Below, piece after piece: positions 9,846-19,562 of a DNA stretch of 39,573 nt; the first letter of the stretch is position 1, and each line of letters begins with the position of its first letter. This DNA comes from Paracoccaceae bacterium (GTDB lineage Bacteria; Pseudomonadota; Alphaproteobacteria; Rhodobacterales; Rhodobacteraceae), in assembly GCA_002712045.1 (NCBI GenBank), contig PARX01000056.1, positions 1-39,573 of the forward strand, written 5' to 3'. The notes below the pieces were generated by a model that saw only the letters and a program-made list of their open reading frames with translations, was not told the origin of the DNA and searched no databases. The translations under genes were made by a program, and so were the position numbers.

Positions 9846-10698
9846 TTATTTTTATTTCTGTTTGAAGTGTTATATTTTTCTTCTTTAAAACTACTTGTTG
9901 TATGTGATCAATCACTTTTTCAATATCTAATGCACTAGCATTCCCTAAATTAACGATAAAATTTGCGTGTTTTTTTGAAACTTGAGCCCCTCCAATTTGA
10001 AAGCCTTTTAATCCACAATCCTCAATTATCTTTGCAGCAAAATTATCTTTTGGGTTTCGAAAAGTTGAGCCTGCCGTTGGCCAATTTAATGGTTGTGTTT
10101 TTTTTCTATGTGACAATAATTCTTTTATCTTATTTTTTGCATCTTCTTTATTTCCATTTGGAAACTGAAACCATGCTCCAAGAAAACTTTCATCTTTATT
10201 ATTAACCTCTCTATAATCAATTTTAAAATTTGATTTATTTCTAATAATTTGGTCACCATTTAAATCAATCATTAATACTTTTTTTACATATTCCCATGTT
10301 TCTGAACCATAGCAACCTGCATTCATTGCTAGAGCCCCACCTATGGTTCCTGGAATTCCGGCAAAAAAAGCTGATTCATCAAACCCTTCTTTAGCTGCAA
10401 ATCTTGATAACTTTGAACAACTTACTCCAGCTTCAGCATAAAGTAATTTACCATCTCTATTTATTTTATTTAAACCACCATGCATCACTATTATTGTTCC
10501 TTTAACTCCCCCATCTCTAATTAATAAATTAGAGCCTAGTCCAATATAAGTAATAGGCGGCTTTATTTTTTTTGATTTAATATGTAAAGCAAGTTTTGCT
10601 ATGTTGTCACAAATTAAAAATTGTTCGGCTTTTCCTCCAACCCGCCAACTATTGAAGCTCTTTAATTCTACATTTTGATGAACAATATTTTTTTCCAT
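9823..10698 (-). CDS. murB: UDP-N-acetylmuramate dehydrogenase
   Basis: GLGSNLL, GIPGTIGGALAMNAG, GSTFRNP and KHANF motifs. Confidence 0.97.
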   Translation of the reverse strand: MEKNIVHQNVELKSFNSWRVGGKAEQFLICDNIAKLALHIKSKKIKPPITYIGLGSNLLIRDGGVKGTIIVMHGGLNKINRDGKLLYAEAGVSCSKLSRFAAKEGFDESAFFAGIPGTIGGALAMNAGCYGSETWEYVKKVLMIDLNGDQIIRNKSNFKIDYREVNNKDESFLGAWFQFPNGNKEDAKNKIKELLSHRKKTQPLNWPTAGSTFRNPKDNFAAKIIEDCGLKGFQIGGAQVSKKHANFIVNLGNASALDIEKVIDHIQQVVLKKKNITLQTEIKIIGEKFGS

Positions 10699-10701
10699 AT
10701 T

Positions 10702-12081
10702 TTATTTTTTTATAATTTGCTTAATAAAATTTCCAACTGAACCAGCTCCCATTACAATAAGAATTGAATTATCTTCAATTAAATCAAATATAGTATTTTT
10801 TGCTGTCTTAAAATTAGGTAGATAATGAACATCTTGTTTCTTAATAGACTTAATTAAATTTCTTGTTGTAATATTTTTTATAGTTTTTTCACCAGCCGAG
10901 TAAATATCAAAAAGAAAAACCTTATCTGGAATTTTTAAAACTCTTATAAATTCTTTATAACAATCTCTTGTTCTTGAATACCTATGTGGCTGAAAAACTA
11001 AATAAATTCTTTTTTTACTAAATCCCTTTTTTGTTGCTTTAATTACCGCTTCAATTTCAGTTGGATGGTGCCCATAATCATCAATAACTTTTAATCTTTT
11101 ATCTTTGATTAAAATATCATCGTATATCTCGTATCTCCTAGCCACTCCTTTAAAGTTACTTATTGATCTTTTAATATTACTTATAGATACACCATATTCA
11201 AGACCAATTGAAATTGCTACAAGAGTATTTCTTACAAAATGTTCGCCAGGAAAATTAATTCCAATTTCAAATTCATCTTTTTTATATTTTTTATCTCGAA
11301 CTTTAAAATACATCTTACTGCCATCATATCTTACATTTAGTCCTTGAATATCTGCTTTACTTGAAAAACCATATGTAGTTATTGGTCTTGATATTAAAGG
11401 TATGATACTTTTTACATGTTCATCATCTAAGCATAAGAAGACAGATCCATAAAATGGTACCTGATGAATAAAATCAATATAAGTTTGTTTCAAATTTTCG
11501 AATTTATTCTGATAGGCCTCTAAATGATCTTTGTCGATATTAGTAATAACTGCATTTACAGGATTTAAATGAAGAAATGATGCATCTGATTCATCAGCCT
11601 CTACAATCATTAAATCACTCCCTCCAAGTTTTGCATTTGCATTCATTGAGTTAAGTCTGCCACCAATGACGTAAGTTGGGTCTAGTTTTCCTTCAGAGAG
11701 TATTGAAGCAATTAAACTAGTTGTCGTTGTTTTTCCATGTGTTCCTGCAACTGCAATACCTTTTTTAAATCGCATTAATTCAGATAACATTTCTGCTCTG
11801 GGAATAATCGGTATTTTATATTTAATTGCAGCTTTAATTTCTGGATTGCGTTTAGAGATGGCTGCTGAAATAACAACAACATCTGAATGTATAACATTTT
11901 TTTCTAAATGCTTATTAAATACTTTTATTCCTAATTTCTTTAAACGTTGGATCGCTTCAGATTTTCCAAGATCTGAACCCTGTACTTTAAATCTTAAATT
12001 GTGCATGACCTCAGCGATTCCGCTCATACCAGAACCACCAATTCCAACAAAATGTATATTTTTAATTTTATTTTCCATCAA
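10702..12081 (-). CDS. murC: UDP-N-acetylmuramate--L-alanine ligase
   Basis: HFVGIGGSGMSGIA, AGTHGKTTT, EADESD, DDYGHHPTE and FQPHRYSR motifs. Confidence 0.97.
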   Translation of the reverse strand: MMENKIKNIHFVGIGGSGMSGIAEVMHNLRFKVQGSDLGKSEAIQRLKKLGIKVFNKHLEKNVIHSDVVVISAAISKRNPEIKAAIKYKIPIIPRAEMLSELMRFKKGIAVAGTHGKTTTTSLIASILSEGKLDPTYVIGGRLNSMNANAKLGGSDLMIVEADESDASFLHLNPVNAVITNIDKDHLEAYQNKFENLKQTYIDFIHQVPFYGSVFLCLDDEHVKSIIPLISRPITTYGFSSKADIQGLNVRYDGSKMYFKVRDKKYKKDEFEIGINFPGEHFVRNTLVAISIGLEYGVSISNIKRSISNFKGVARRYEIYDDILIKDKRLKVIDDYGHHPTEIEAVIKATKKGFSKKRIYLVFQPHRYSRTRDCYKEFIRVLKIPDKVFLFDIYSAGEKTIKNITTRNLIKSIKKQDVHYLPNFKTAKNTIFDLIEDNSILIVMGAGSVGNFIKQIIKK

Positions 12082-13165
12082 ACCTTTCTTTACAGTAAGA
12101 ATATATTTTTTGGGCTACATTTGAACTTGATTTATTTTTTTGAGCATTTAAAGCCATTTGATAGCATTTTTTTCTATCTATTTTTAAAAGAGTTCCTAAG
12201 AGTTTATTTTTTACCTCATTCTCCTCAATTATGAAAGCTGCTTTTTTATCTTCTAATATTTTGCCATTATGATACTGATGATTATCAACAGCATATGGAA
12301 ATGGTATCAATATTGAAGCAATACCTGCTTCCATAAATTCTGATATAGTAAGTGCTCCGAATCTAGCAATAACGATATCAGCCCATTCATATTTTTCCTC
12401 AATATCGTATATAAATTTTTCTTTACCCAATAACCAAATAGGATCTCTTGATTCGTTGGTATCTAAATTCATATATGTTCTTTCTAATTCCTCATAATGC
12501 TTTTCACCAGATTGATGAATAACTGAAATTTGCTCACTTAAATTAAATTTATCTAAAATTCTTGGTAATAATCTATTAAAAGTACTTGCTCCTAAACTTC
12601 CTCCTAAAATAAGAATTTTAAGGGGTCCTGTTTTATTTTTAAATCTTTGTTGAGGATTTCTAATCTTAGAAATTTTTTTTCTTATTGGATTTCCTATCAC
12701 TTTCGCCTTTTTTAAACTATTTCTAAATCCACAAAATATCTGACTAGCAAAGTTTGAAATAACTTTATTTGCTAATCCAGGTATCGCATTTTGCTCATGA
12801 ATAATTAATTCTATTCCAAGAATTTTAGAAGCAATTGCCATAGGTATACCAACATAACCTCCCATCAATATCAAAAAATTTGGTTTTTCAGTTCGTAAAA
12901 TTTTAATAGACTGAACTGTTGATAATAAAAGAACGAATGGTAGGTTAAACCAAGGCAAAATACCTTTACCCCTAACACCAGATATACTAATTTGAGAAAA
13001 AAGAATTTTTTGTTTATCTACTAAACTATTTTCCATGCCTTTAGGTGTTCCAACCCATGAAACAGAATGAGATTGCTCCAAAAAATACTCAGCAATTGCA
13101 AGCCCAGGGTATATATGCCCCCCTGTGCCAGCAGCAGCAATCATAATTTTAAATTTATTTGTTAT
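12068..13165 (-). CDS. murG: Lipid II GlcNAc transferase MurG; start ATA at 13165 inferred, first ATG at 13144
   Basis: GTGGHIYP, HEQNAIPGLAN, GNPIR, GGSLGA and PFPYAVDNHQ motifs. Confidence 0.95.
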   Translation of the reverse strand: MTNKFKIMIAAAGTGGHIYPGLAIAEYFLEQSHSVSWVGTPKGMENSLVDKQKILFSQISISGVRGKGILPWFNLPFVLLLSTVQSIKILRTEKPNFLILMGGYVGIPMAIASKILGIELIIHEQNAIPGLANKVISNFASQIFCGFRNSLKKAKVIGNPIRKKISKIRNPQQRFKNKTGPLKILILGGSLGASTFNRLLPRILDKFNLSEQISVIHQSGEKHYEELERTYMNLDTNESRDPIWLLGKEKFIYDIEEKYEWADIVIARFGALTISEFMEAGIASILIPFPYAVDNHQYHNGKILEDKKAAFIIEENEVKNKLLGTLLKIDRKKCYQMALNAQKNKSSSNVAQKIYSYCKERFDGK

Positions 13166-14324
13166 AGTGTTGTCCTCTCAAATTTCTTCTATTCTCATGA
13201 TCAATTCTAAGTACTATTGCTATAGCAATTACACTCACTAAAATACTACTACCTCCAAAAGATAATAATGGGAGTGTTAAGCCTTTGGTAGGAAATAATC
13301 CTAAATTTACAGCCATATTAATTATGCATTGAATGGAAAACCATATAGCTACCCCTTGTGCCATTAAAGCACCAAAATGTTTATTATTTTGTATAGACTC
13401 TTTTGCAATACCAAACATCCTTAGCACCAAAAATGCAAATATACCTAAAACAATACTTACACCCAATAAACCAAATTCTTCGCCAATAATTGCCATAATA
13501 AAATCTGTATGCGCTTCGGGTAAAAAAGAAAGTTTTGCGAAACTATTTCCTACGCCGATGCCAAAAAACTCCCCTTTTCCAAAAGCCATTTGTGCTTGAG
13601 TTATTTGATAACCACCATCTAGTATGTGCTCTGGAGACCAAGGATCTCTGAATGCCTCAATTCTTGCTAATCTGTATGGTGATGACTTTATTGCTAACAA
13701 GACTCCAATTGGAGCCAATATAGCTAAACTTACAATAACTTTTAAGGTCAATCCACCCAAAAATAGAATACCCATTGCAATCGAAGAAATTACAATTAAA
13801 GCACCAAGATCTGGTTCTAAGATTACTAATGAACCGGTTAAAATCATAATCCCCAAAATAGGTAAAAAACCTTTAACAATAGTTCTCATTTGCTTTGATT
13901 TTCTTAAAACATAATCTGATGCATACATTATTGTAAAAAGCTTAACTATCTCTGTAGGTTGAAAGTTTGCAATTCCTAATGGAATCCATCTTCTACCACC
14001 TTTACTTTCTATACCAATAGGCGTTAAAACTAAGACTAAAAGAATTACCCCTATTAAAAACAAATAAGGGGCCCACCTTTGCCAGAAATAAACTTGTATT
14101 AGGAAAGAAATGTAGCCACATATAAAAGCAATTAACAAATAAGCTGATTGCCTGAGTAAAAAATAATAATGTTGGTATTGGAATTCCTGTTTACCAGCAG
14201 CAAGATCAATCGATGCAGAATAGACCATAACTAAACCAATACCTATAAGCAAAAGTGCTGCCCAGATTAAGCTGTAATCATAAATTGGTAAATTATAATT
14301 TTTTTGGGAAGAAAAAAGTTTCAT
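13155..14324 (-). CDS. ftsW: SEDS lipid II polymerase FtsW
   Basis: MVYSAS, RRWI, QPTE, EPDLG, GYQ, LPEAHTDFI and PTKGLTLPLLSFGGSS motifs. Confidence 0.96.
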   Translation of the reverse strand: MKLFSSQKNYNLPIYDYSLIWAALLLIGIGLVMVYSASIDLAAGKQEFQYQHYYFLLRQSAYLLIAFICGYISFLIQVYFWQRWAPYLFLIGVILLVLVLTPIGIESKGGRRWIPLGIANFQPTEIVKLFTIMYASDYVLRKSKQMRTIVKGFLPILGIMILTGSLVILEPDLGALIVISSIAMGILFLGGLTLKVIVSLAILAPIGVLLAIKSSPYRLARIEAFRDPWSPEHILDGGYQITQAQMAFGKGEFFGIGVGNSFAKLSFLPEAHTDFIMAIIGEEFGLLGVSIVLGIFAFLVLRMFGIAKESIQNNKHFGALMAQGVAIWFSIQCIINMAVNLGLFPTKGLTLPLLSFGGSSILVSVIAIAIVLRIDHENRRNLRGQHYNK

Positions 14325-14327
14325 ACT

Positions 14328-15661
14328 TTATAAATTCTCCACAATAGACTTAAATTCATTACCACGTTCTTCATAATTTTTATACATATCATAACTAGCA
14401 CATGCAGGCGATAATAGAATGATATCTCCATTTCCTGCATCCTTATATGCTGATAAAACTGCATCTAGCATTAACTTATATTTTTTTATCTTAAGTGAAT
14501 CTATAAATCTGAAATTTTCTTCAAAAATATGTGCATCTTGACCAATTAAATAAAGAGCTAATACCTTTTTTTTTATAAATTTCTCCAAAGGCATTAAAAA
14601 TTGACCTTTACTATCACCACCAGCAATTAAAAAAATATTTTTTTGTTAAAACTTTTTAAAGCTGTAATTGTTGCATCTAAATTAGTCGCTTTTGAGTCGT
14701 TGTAAAAATCTACACCGTTTATACTTTTAACCCACTCTAATCGATGACTAATACCTTTTAAATTATTAATTCTTAAATTACTTAATTCTGGAAAAACCGA
14801 TTTTAAGCATGCAATTGCAGACATAATATTTAATTTATTATGTTCGCCTATGAGTTTAAAATTATTTAATTCAATAGATAATCCATCACCTCTTTTTATA
14901 TAAGAACCAGAATCATTATTTATTATTACGTAGTCTTCTTTTTTTAAGGGTTCTGAAATACCAAAAGAGAAATTCACTTTATTATTAAAAGAACTTAATT
15001 TTTCATCGTCCCTATTAATAATTTTAGTTCTTGATAAATCAAGTAATTTTGATTTAGCCTTAAGATATTTACTGAAAGAATTATATCTATCCATATGGTC
15101 TTCTGAAATATTTAGAATAATTCCAACATCAATTTTAGCTTTATTTAATATTTCGAGTTGAAAACTTGATAGTTCAATAATCAAAACATCTAAAGTATCT
15201 ACATTTTTGAAATCTAAAATTGGCAAGCCTATGTTTCCTACTGCCTTTGCTTTTAATCCAGATTCTTGTGACAATTGTTCAATCATTTTACAAACTGTAG
15301 TTTTACCATTTGTCCCAGTTACAGCAATAACTTTTGTTTCTAATAATTCATTTTCATCAAAAAATAACGAGATATCATTATGGAACTTAATTTTTTTTCT
15401 TATTTTATTTAATACGGGATGGCTAGGATCTATTCCAGGACTAATTGCAACATAATCAACACCTTCAAAAGATAATTCTTCTAAATTACCTGAAAAGAAT
15501 AAATTTTTTTCATTATCAAACAACTTTTTTGCATTATCCAAAGCATTTTTATTTTCATCATAAAAAGATATTTTAATATTGTTTTTTAAATATCTTCCAA
15601 TAGATATGCCTGTTTGGCCGCAACCTAAAATTAATACATGATTGATATTTCCATTCATCAA
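14328..15661 (-). CDS. murD: UDP-MurNAc-L-Ala--D-Glu ligase, 1-nt frameshift in the A7-TA-T7 run at 14629-14644
   Basis: [26 protein letters not shown] and NDSKATN in the first [13 protein letters not shown] and [12 protein letters not shown]...RG in the -1 frame. Confidence 0.95.
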
Positions 15662-16761
15662 CGAATCTTCAAACTAGCCAATCCAATTAGGACAAGCATC
15701 ATGGTTATGATCCAGAACCTAACTACGACTTGTGTTTCTTTCCATCCTTTTTTTTCATAGTGATGATGAAGCGGAGCCATTAAAAAAATACGTTTACCTT
15801 TTCCAAATTTCTTCTTTGTATATCTAAAGTAAGCTACTTGTATTGCTACTGAGAATGTCTCAATCACAAATATTCCAGCCATAATCATTAAAACAATCTC
15901 TTGCCTTACAATTACTGCTAGAGTTCCCATTGCAGCTCCTATTGATAGTGAGCCTAAATCACCCATAAATACTTCAGCAGGATATGCATTAAACCAAAGA
16001 AAACCTAAGCCTGCTCCTGCTAATGCTGCGCAAAATACAGTTAACTCACCTGCACCTTGTATATATGGAATACTGAGATAGTTTGCAAAAATTACATTGC
16101 CTTCAACATAAGCAAAAACTCCCAATGCACTTATCACCATAACAGCTGGCATAATAGCCAGCCCATCAAGACCATCGGTTAAATTGACGGCATTACTGCT
16201 TCCTACTACAACCAAATAACTTAAAATAATAAATACCAATGCACTCATTGATAAACTTAAATCCTTAAAAAATGGGATCAATAATTGAGTTTCTTGAGGA
16301 GTTGAAGCTGAATAAAATAAGTAGGTTGCTACACCCAACCCAATAATTGATTGAAGTATAAATTTTTTAAAAGCTGAGAGTCCATCTGCCTCTTTTTTTT
16401 GAATTTTACTAATGTCATCGATTAAGCCAATTAACCCAAAAGAAGTGGTCACAATAAGTAAGAGCCATACATATGAATTACTTAAATCTGCCAATAATAA
16501 TGTAGAAATAATAATTGAAATTAATATTAAACCCCCTCCCATTGTTGGGGTTCCAGATTTTACAAGATGTCCCTCTGGACCATCATTTCTAATATATTGA
16601 CCAAGGCTGTATTCTCCTAATTTTTTTATAAACCAACCACCAAAACAAAATGAAATTAATAAAGAAGTTATAACTGCTAAAACTGCCCTTAAAGAAATAT
16701 AATTAAATACATTAAAACCTGGAATGTCTGTTGAAAACCATCTAAATAATTCTAATAACAT
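15658..16761 (-). CDS. mraY: Phospho-MurNAc-pentapeptide transferase
   Basis: [27 protein letters not shown] and MAPLHHHYE motifs. Confidence 0.97.
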   Translation of the reverse strand: MLLELFRWFSTDIPGFNVFNYISLRAVLAVITSLLISFCFGGWFIKKLGEYSLGQYIRNDGPEGHLVKSGTPTMGGGLILISIIISTLLLADLSNSYVWLLLIVTTSFGLIGLIDDISKIQKKEADGLSAFKKFILQSIIGLGVATYLFYSASTPQETQLLIPFFKDLSLSMSALVFIILSYLVVVGSSNAVNLTDGLDGLAIMPAVMVISALGVFAYVEGNVIFANYLSIPYIQGAGELTVFCAALAGAGLGFLWFNAYPAEVFMGDLGSLSIGAAMGTLAVIVRQEIVLMIMAGIFVIETFSVAIQVAYFRYTKKKFGKGKRIFLMAPLHHHYEKKGWKETQVVVRFWIITMMLVLIGLASLKIR

Positions 16762-16774
16762 CTTTTATATCCTA

Positions 16775-18118
16775 TTAAATTATTTTACTTACAATTTCTT
16801 CCATTTCCATATGGCGAGAGCCTTTAACTAATATAATTGATTTTGTATCAATTATCTCTGATAATTTTTTTAAAAGTTTATCTTTTGTATCAAACCAAAA
16901 TGCATTTTTATCTAATTGTTGCATAGTTATTTTTATATGTCTTCCAACAGCTAAAGTAAAATCAACTGAAGATTTTTTAATATAATCTCCTAATTCTTGA
17001 TGGTATTTGTTTGAATCATTTCCAAGCTCAGCCATATCTCCAATTATTAAAATTTTCTTACCCTTTATTGAACTTAATACATCAATAGCCTCTTTCATTG
17101 AAGATGGATTTGCATTATAAGTGTCGTTAATAATAGTTGAGCCACCTTTACTATTTATAATTTCAAGCCTTCCAGGGTATGGTTTGATTGCCTCTATACC
17201 TTTTTTTATTATTTTTGTAGGTATATCCAAAGCATAGCTACAAGCACATGCAGCAAGAATATTTTTAATATTATGTTTTCCTAGTAAATTTATTTTTACT
17301 TCAAAACTTTCTTCTGGAGTGAAAATTAATATTCTACTGTTATCTAGTATTTTACAATTAATAGTTGCCTCTTTTGAAAACCCAAATGTTATTTGTTTTG
17401 AGTTTTTGTTGTCTTTAGCTAAAAATTTATAATAATAATCATCTTTAGGTAATATCGAAATTTCCAAGTGATCTGAATAATTTATAAGTTCTTTTTTTGC
17501 TTCAGCAATATGATCTTTAGATTTAAAATTTTGAATATGAGCTTCGCCAATATTTGTAATTAAAGCGATATGGGGTTTTGCTATTTTTGTAAGTTCAGCA
17601 ATTTCTCCAGAATGATTCATCCCTAACTCTAAAACAGCATGACTATGTTTATTTTCAAGCTTGATTAGTGTAAGAGGAAGTCCAATATTATTATTAAAAT
17701 TCCCCTCAGTGAACAATAATTGATTTTGAGAAAGATAATTATTCATAATTGAAACGAGTACTTCTTTTGTTGATGTTTTTCCATTACTTCCTGTAATTGC
17801 AATTACTTTCGGATTGATAAGATTTCTTAGGTATGAGGCGATATTTGATAATGCTTTTTTACCACTTTCTACTAATATAGTTTTATCAAAATGAAATTCA
17901 GGATCAGAAACAATCGCAAATTTAATACCATTATTTAAAGCTTCTTTTGAAAATTTATTGCCATCTAAATTTTTTCCTACTATCGAAATATATAAATCTG
18001 ATTTTTTCTGTGACCTTGAATCAATTGTGATAGAAGAAATTATATTTTCTAAATATTTTGTTGATCCTAAAAAAGAACCATTTGTAATTTCTATAATTTT
18101 TTTTAAGGTAATATTAAT
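16775..18118 (-). CDS. murF: UDP-MurNAc-tripeptide--D-Ala-D-Ala ligase; frame open to ATT at 18118
   Basis: The frame upstream of the track start (17746) has no stop and encodes IDSR and ITGSNGKTSTKE. Downstream are NFNNNIGLP, ELGMNH, DTYNANPSSM and VKGSR. Total 447 aa. Confidence 0.94.
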   Translation of the reverse strand: MNITLKKIIEITNGSFLGSTKYLENIISSITIDSRSQKKSDLYISIVGKNLDGNKFSKEALNNGIKFAIVSDPEFHFDKTILVESGKKALSNIASYLRNLINPKVIAITGSNGKTSTKEVLVSIMNNYLSQNQLLFTEGNFNNNIGLPLTLIKLENKHSHAVLELGMNHSGEIAELTKIAKPHIALITNIGEAHIQNFKSKDHIAEAKKELINYSDHLEISILPKDDYYYKFLAKDNKNSKQITFGFSKEATINCKILDNSRILIFTPEESFEVKINLLGKHNIKNILAACACSYALDIPTKIIKKGIEAIKPYPGRLEIINSKGGSTIINDTYNANPSSMKEAIDVLSSIKGKKILIIGDMAELGNDSNKYHQELGDYIKKSSVDFTLAVGRHIKITMQQLDKNAFWFDTKDKLLKKLSEIIDTKSIILVKGSRHMEMEEIVSKII

Positions 18119-19562
18119 TTTTTACTCCAAAATATTTATTTAGGTATTTTTTTGCTATTAACTTATCTGAAAAATCTTTTTTAACTCCATTTATTTCTTG
18201 ATACGTTTCATGACCCTTTCCAGCAATAAGAATTAAGTCATTTACATTAGCTTTTTTTAAAACTTCTTTAATTGCAATTTCTCTGTTTTCAATGGCTAAA
18301 TAAGGTACTTCTAAATTCAGACAAATATCATCAATTATCTGCATAGGCTCTTCATTTCTTGGATTGTCTGAAGTGACAATTACATAATCTGCAAACTGAT
18401 TAGCGATTAGAGCCATTTCTTTTCTTTTTCCTCTATCTCTGTTACCCCCGCAACCAAAAACAATATTTAAATTTTTATAAGGTAATTTCTCTAATGAATT
18501 TAAAATATTTTTTAATGCATCTGGAGTGTGAGCATAGTCTATAATAACTTTTGGGCATTTATCTATTTCAGTCTTTACTTCTTCAGATCTTCCCGGTACT
18601 GAATCTAAAATTTTTAATATAGGCCTGATATTCTCTATTTGATATCCTAAAGAGACTAAAGAACCAATTACAGCAAGTATATTATAAATGTTATAAACTC
18701 CTTGAACTGCAACTTCAAGTTTATAAATCTTTCTTCTATAAATTAAATCAAATTTAGTTTTATATTTTTCTAAGGTTAAATTTTTTGCTTGAAGTGTAGC
18801 TAAATTTTCAATTCCGAAGGATATTTTTTTAGATTTATTTAATTTTGATTCTTGAAATATTTTTTTACCTAAAGGATCGTCTATATTTATAACCAAATTA
18901 CCTTTTTTAGCATCTAATAAAAAATTTTTCTTTATTTCTGCATAACTTTCAATGGAATCATGATAATCAAGATGATCTCTAGAAAGATTTGTAAACAATC
19001 GTACATTAAAATCAAGGCCAGTTACCCTACCCTGATCAATTCCATGAGATGATACTTCAAGACATACATCTTGAACATCTTCAAGAAGAAAATAATTTAT
19101 GATACTTTGAATTTTAACTCCATCAGGAGTTGTATTTATACTTGGTTTCAACTGATTAATCGAACCATAACCAATTGTACTAATTATATTAGCTTTTCTT
19201 TCAAGATTTTCTAGACATTGAGTTAGCCAAAAAGCAGTAGAAGTTTTACCGTTAGTTCCCGTTATACCTATTAAGTTTATTTTTTTAGATGGATTATTAT
19301 AAAATTCACTTGCAATACTTGAAATATTTTCTTTCAAGTTTTTAATTGGCATGTTAGGTAACTTCCATTTCTTATCCCATTCAAATCCTAAAGGGTCATA
19401 TATAATTGCCCCAGCTCCATTATTTATGGCTTCTGGTATATAATTTCTTCCATCATTACTTTCTCCTGGATATGCCAAAAAAATCGAGTCATTTTTTATA
19501 TTCGCACTATTTTGCTCCAAATATTTAAATTCAGTTAATAGTTTTTTTAATGAATCGCTCAT
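18114..19562 (-). CDS. murE: UDP-MurNAc-dipeptide--meso-DAP ligase
   Basis: [36 protein letters not shown] (DAP specificity) and AGKGHE motifs. Confidence 0.97.
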   Translation of the reverse strand: MSDSLKKLLTEFKYLEQNSANIKNDSIFLAYPGESNDGRNYIPEAINNGAGAIIYDPLGFEWDKKWKLPNMPIKNLKENISSIASEFYNNPSKKINLIGITGTNGKTSTAFWLTQCLENLERKANIISTIGYGSINQLKPSINTTPDGVKIQSIINYFLLEDVQDVCLEVSSHGIDQGRVTGLDFNVRLFTNLSRDHLDYHDSIESYAEIKKNFLLDAKKGNLVINIDDPLGKKIFQESKLNKSKKISFGIENLATLQAKNLTLEKYKTKFDLIYRRKIYKLEVAVQGVYNIYNILAVIGSLVSLGYQIENIRPILKILDSVPGRSEEVKTEIDKCPKVIIDYAHTPDALKNILNSLEKLPYKNLNIVFGCGGNRDRGKRKEMALIANQFADYVIVTSDNPRNEEPMQIIDDICLNLEVPYLAIENREIAIKEVLKKANVNDLILIAGKGHETYQEINGVKKDFSDKLIAKKYLNKYFGVKN

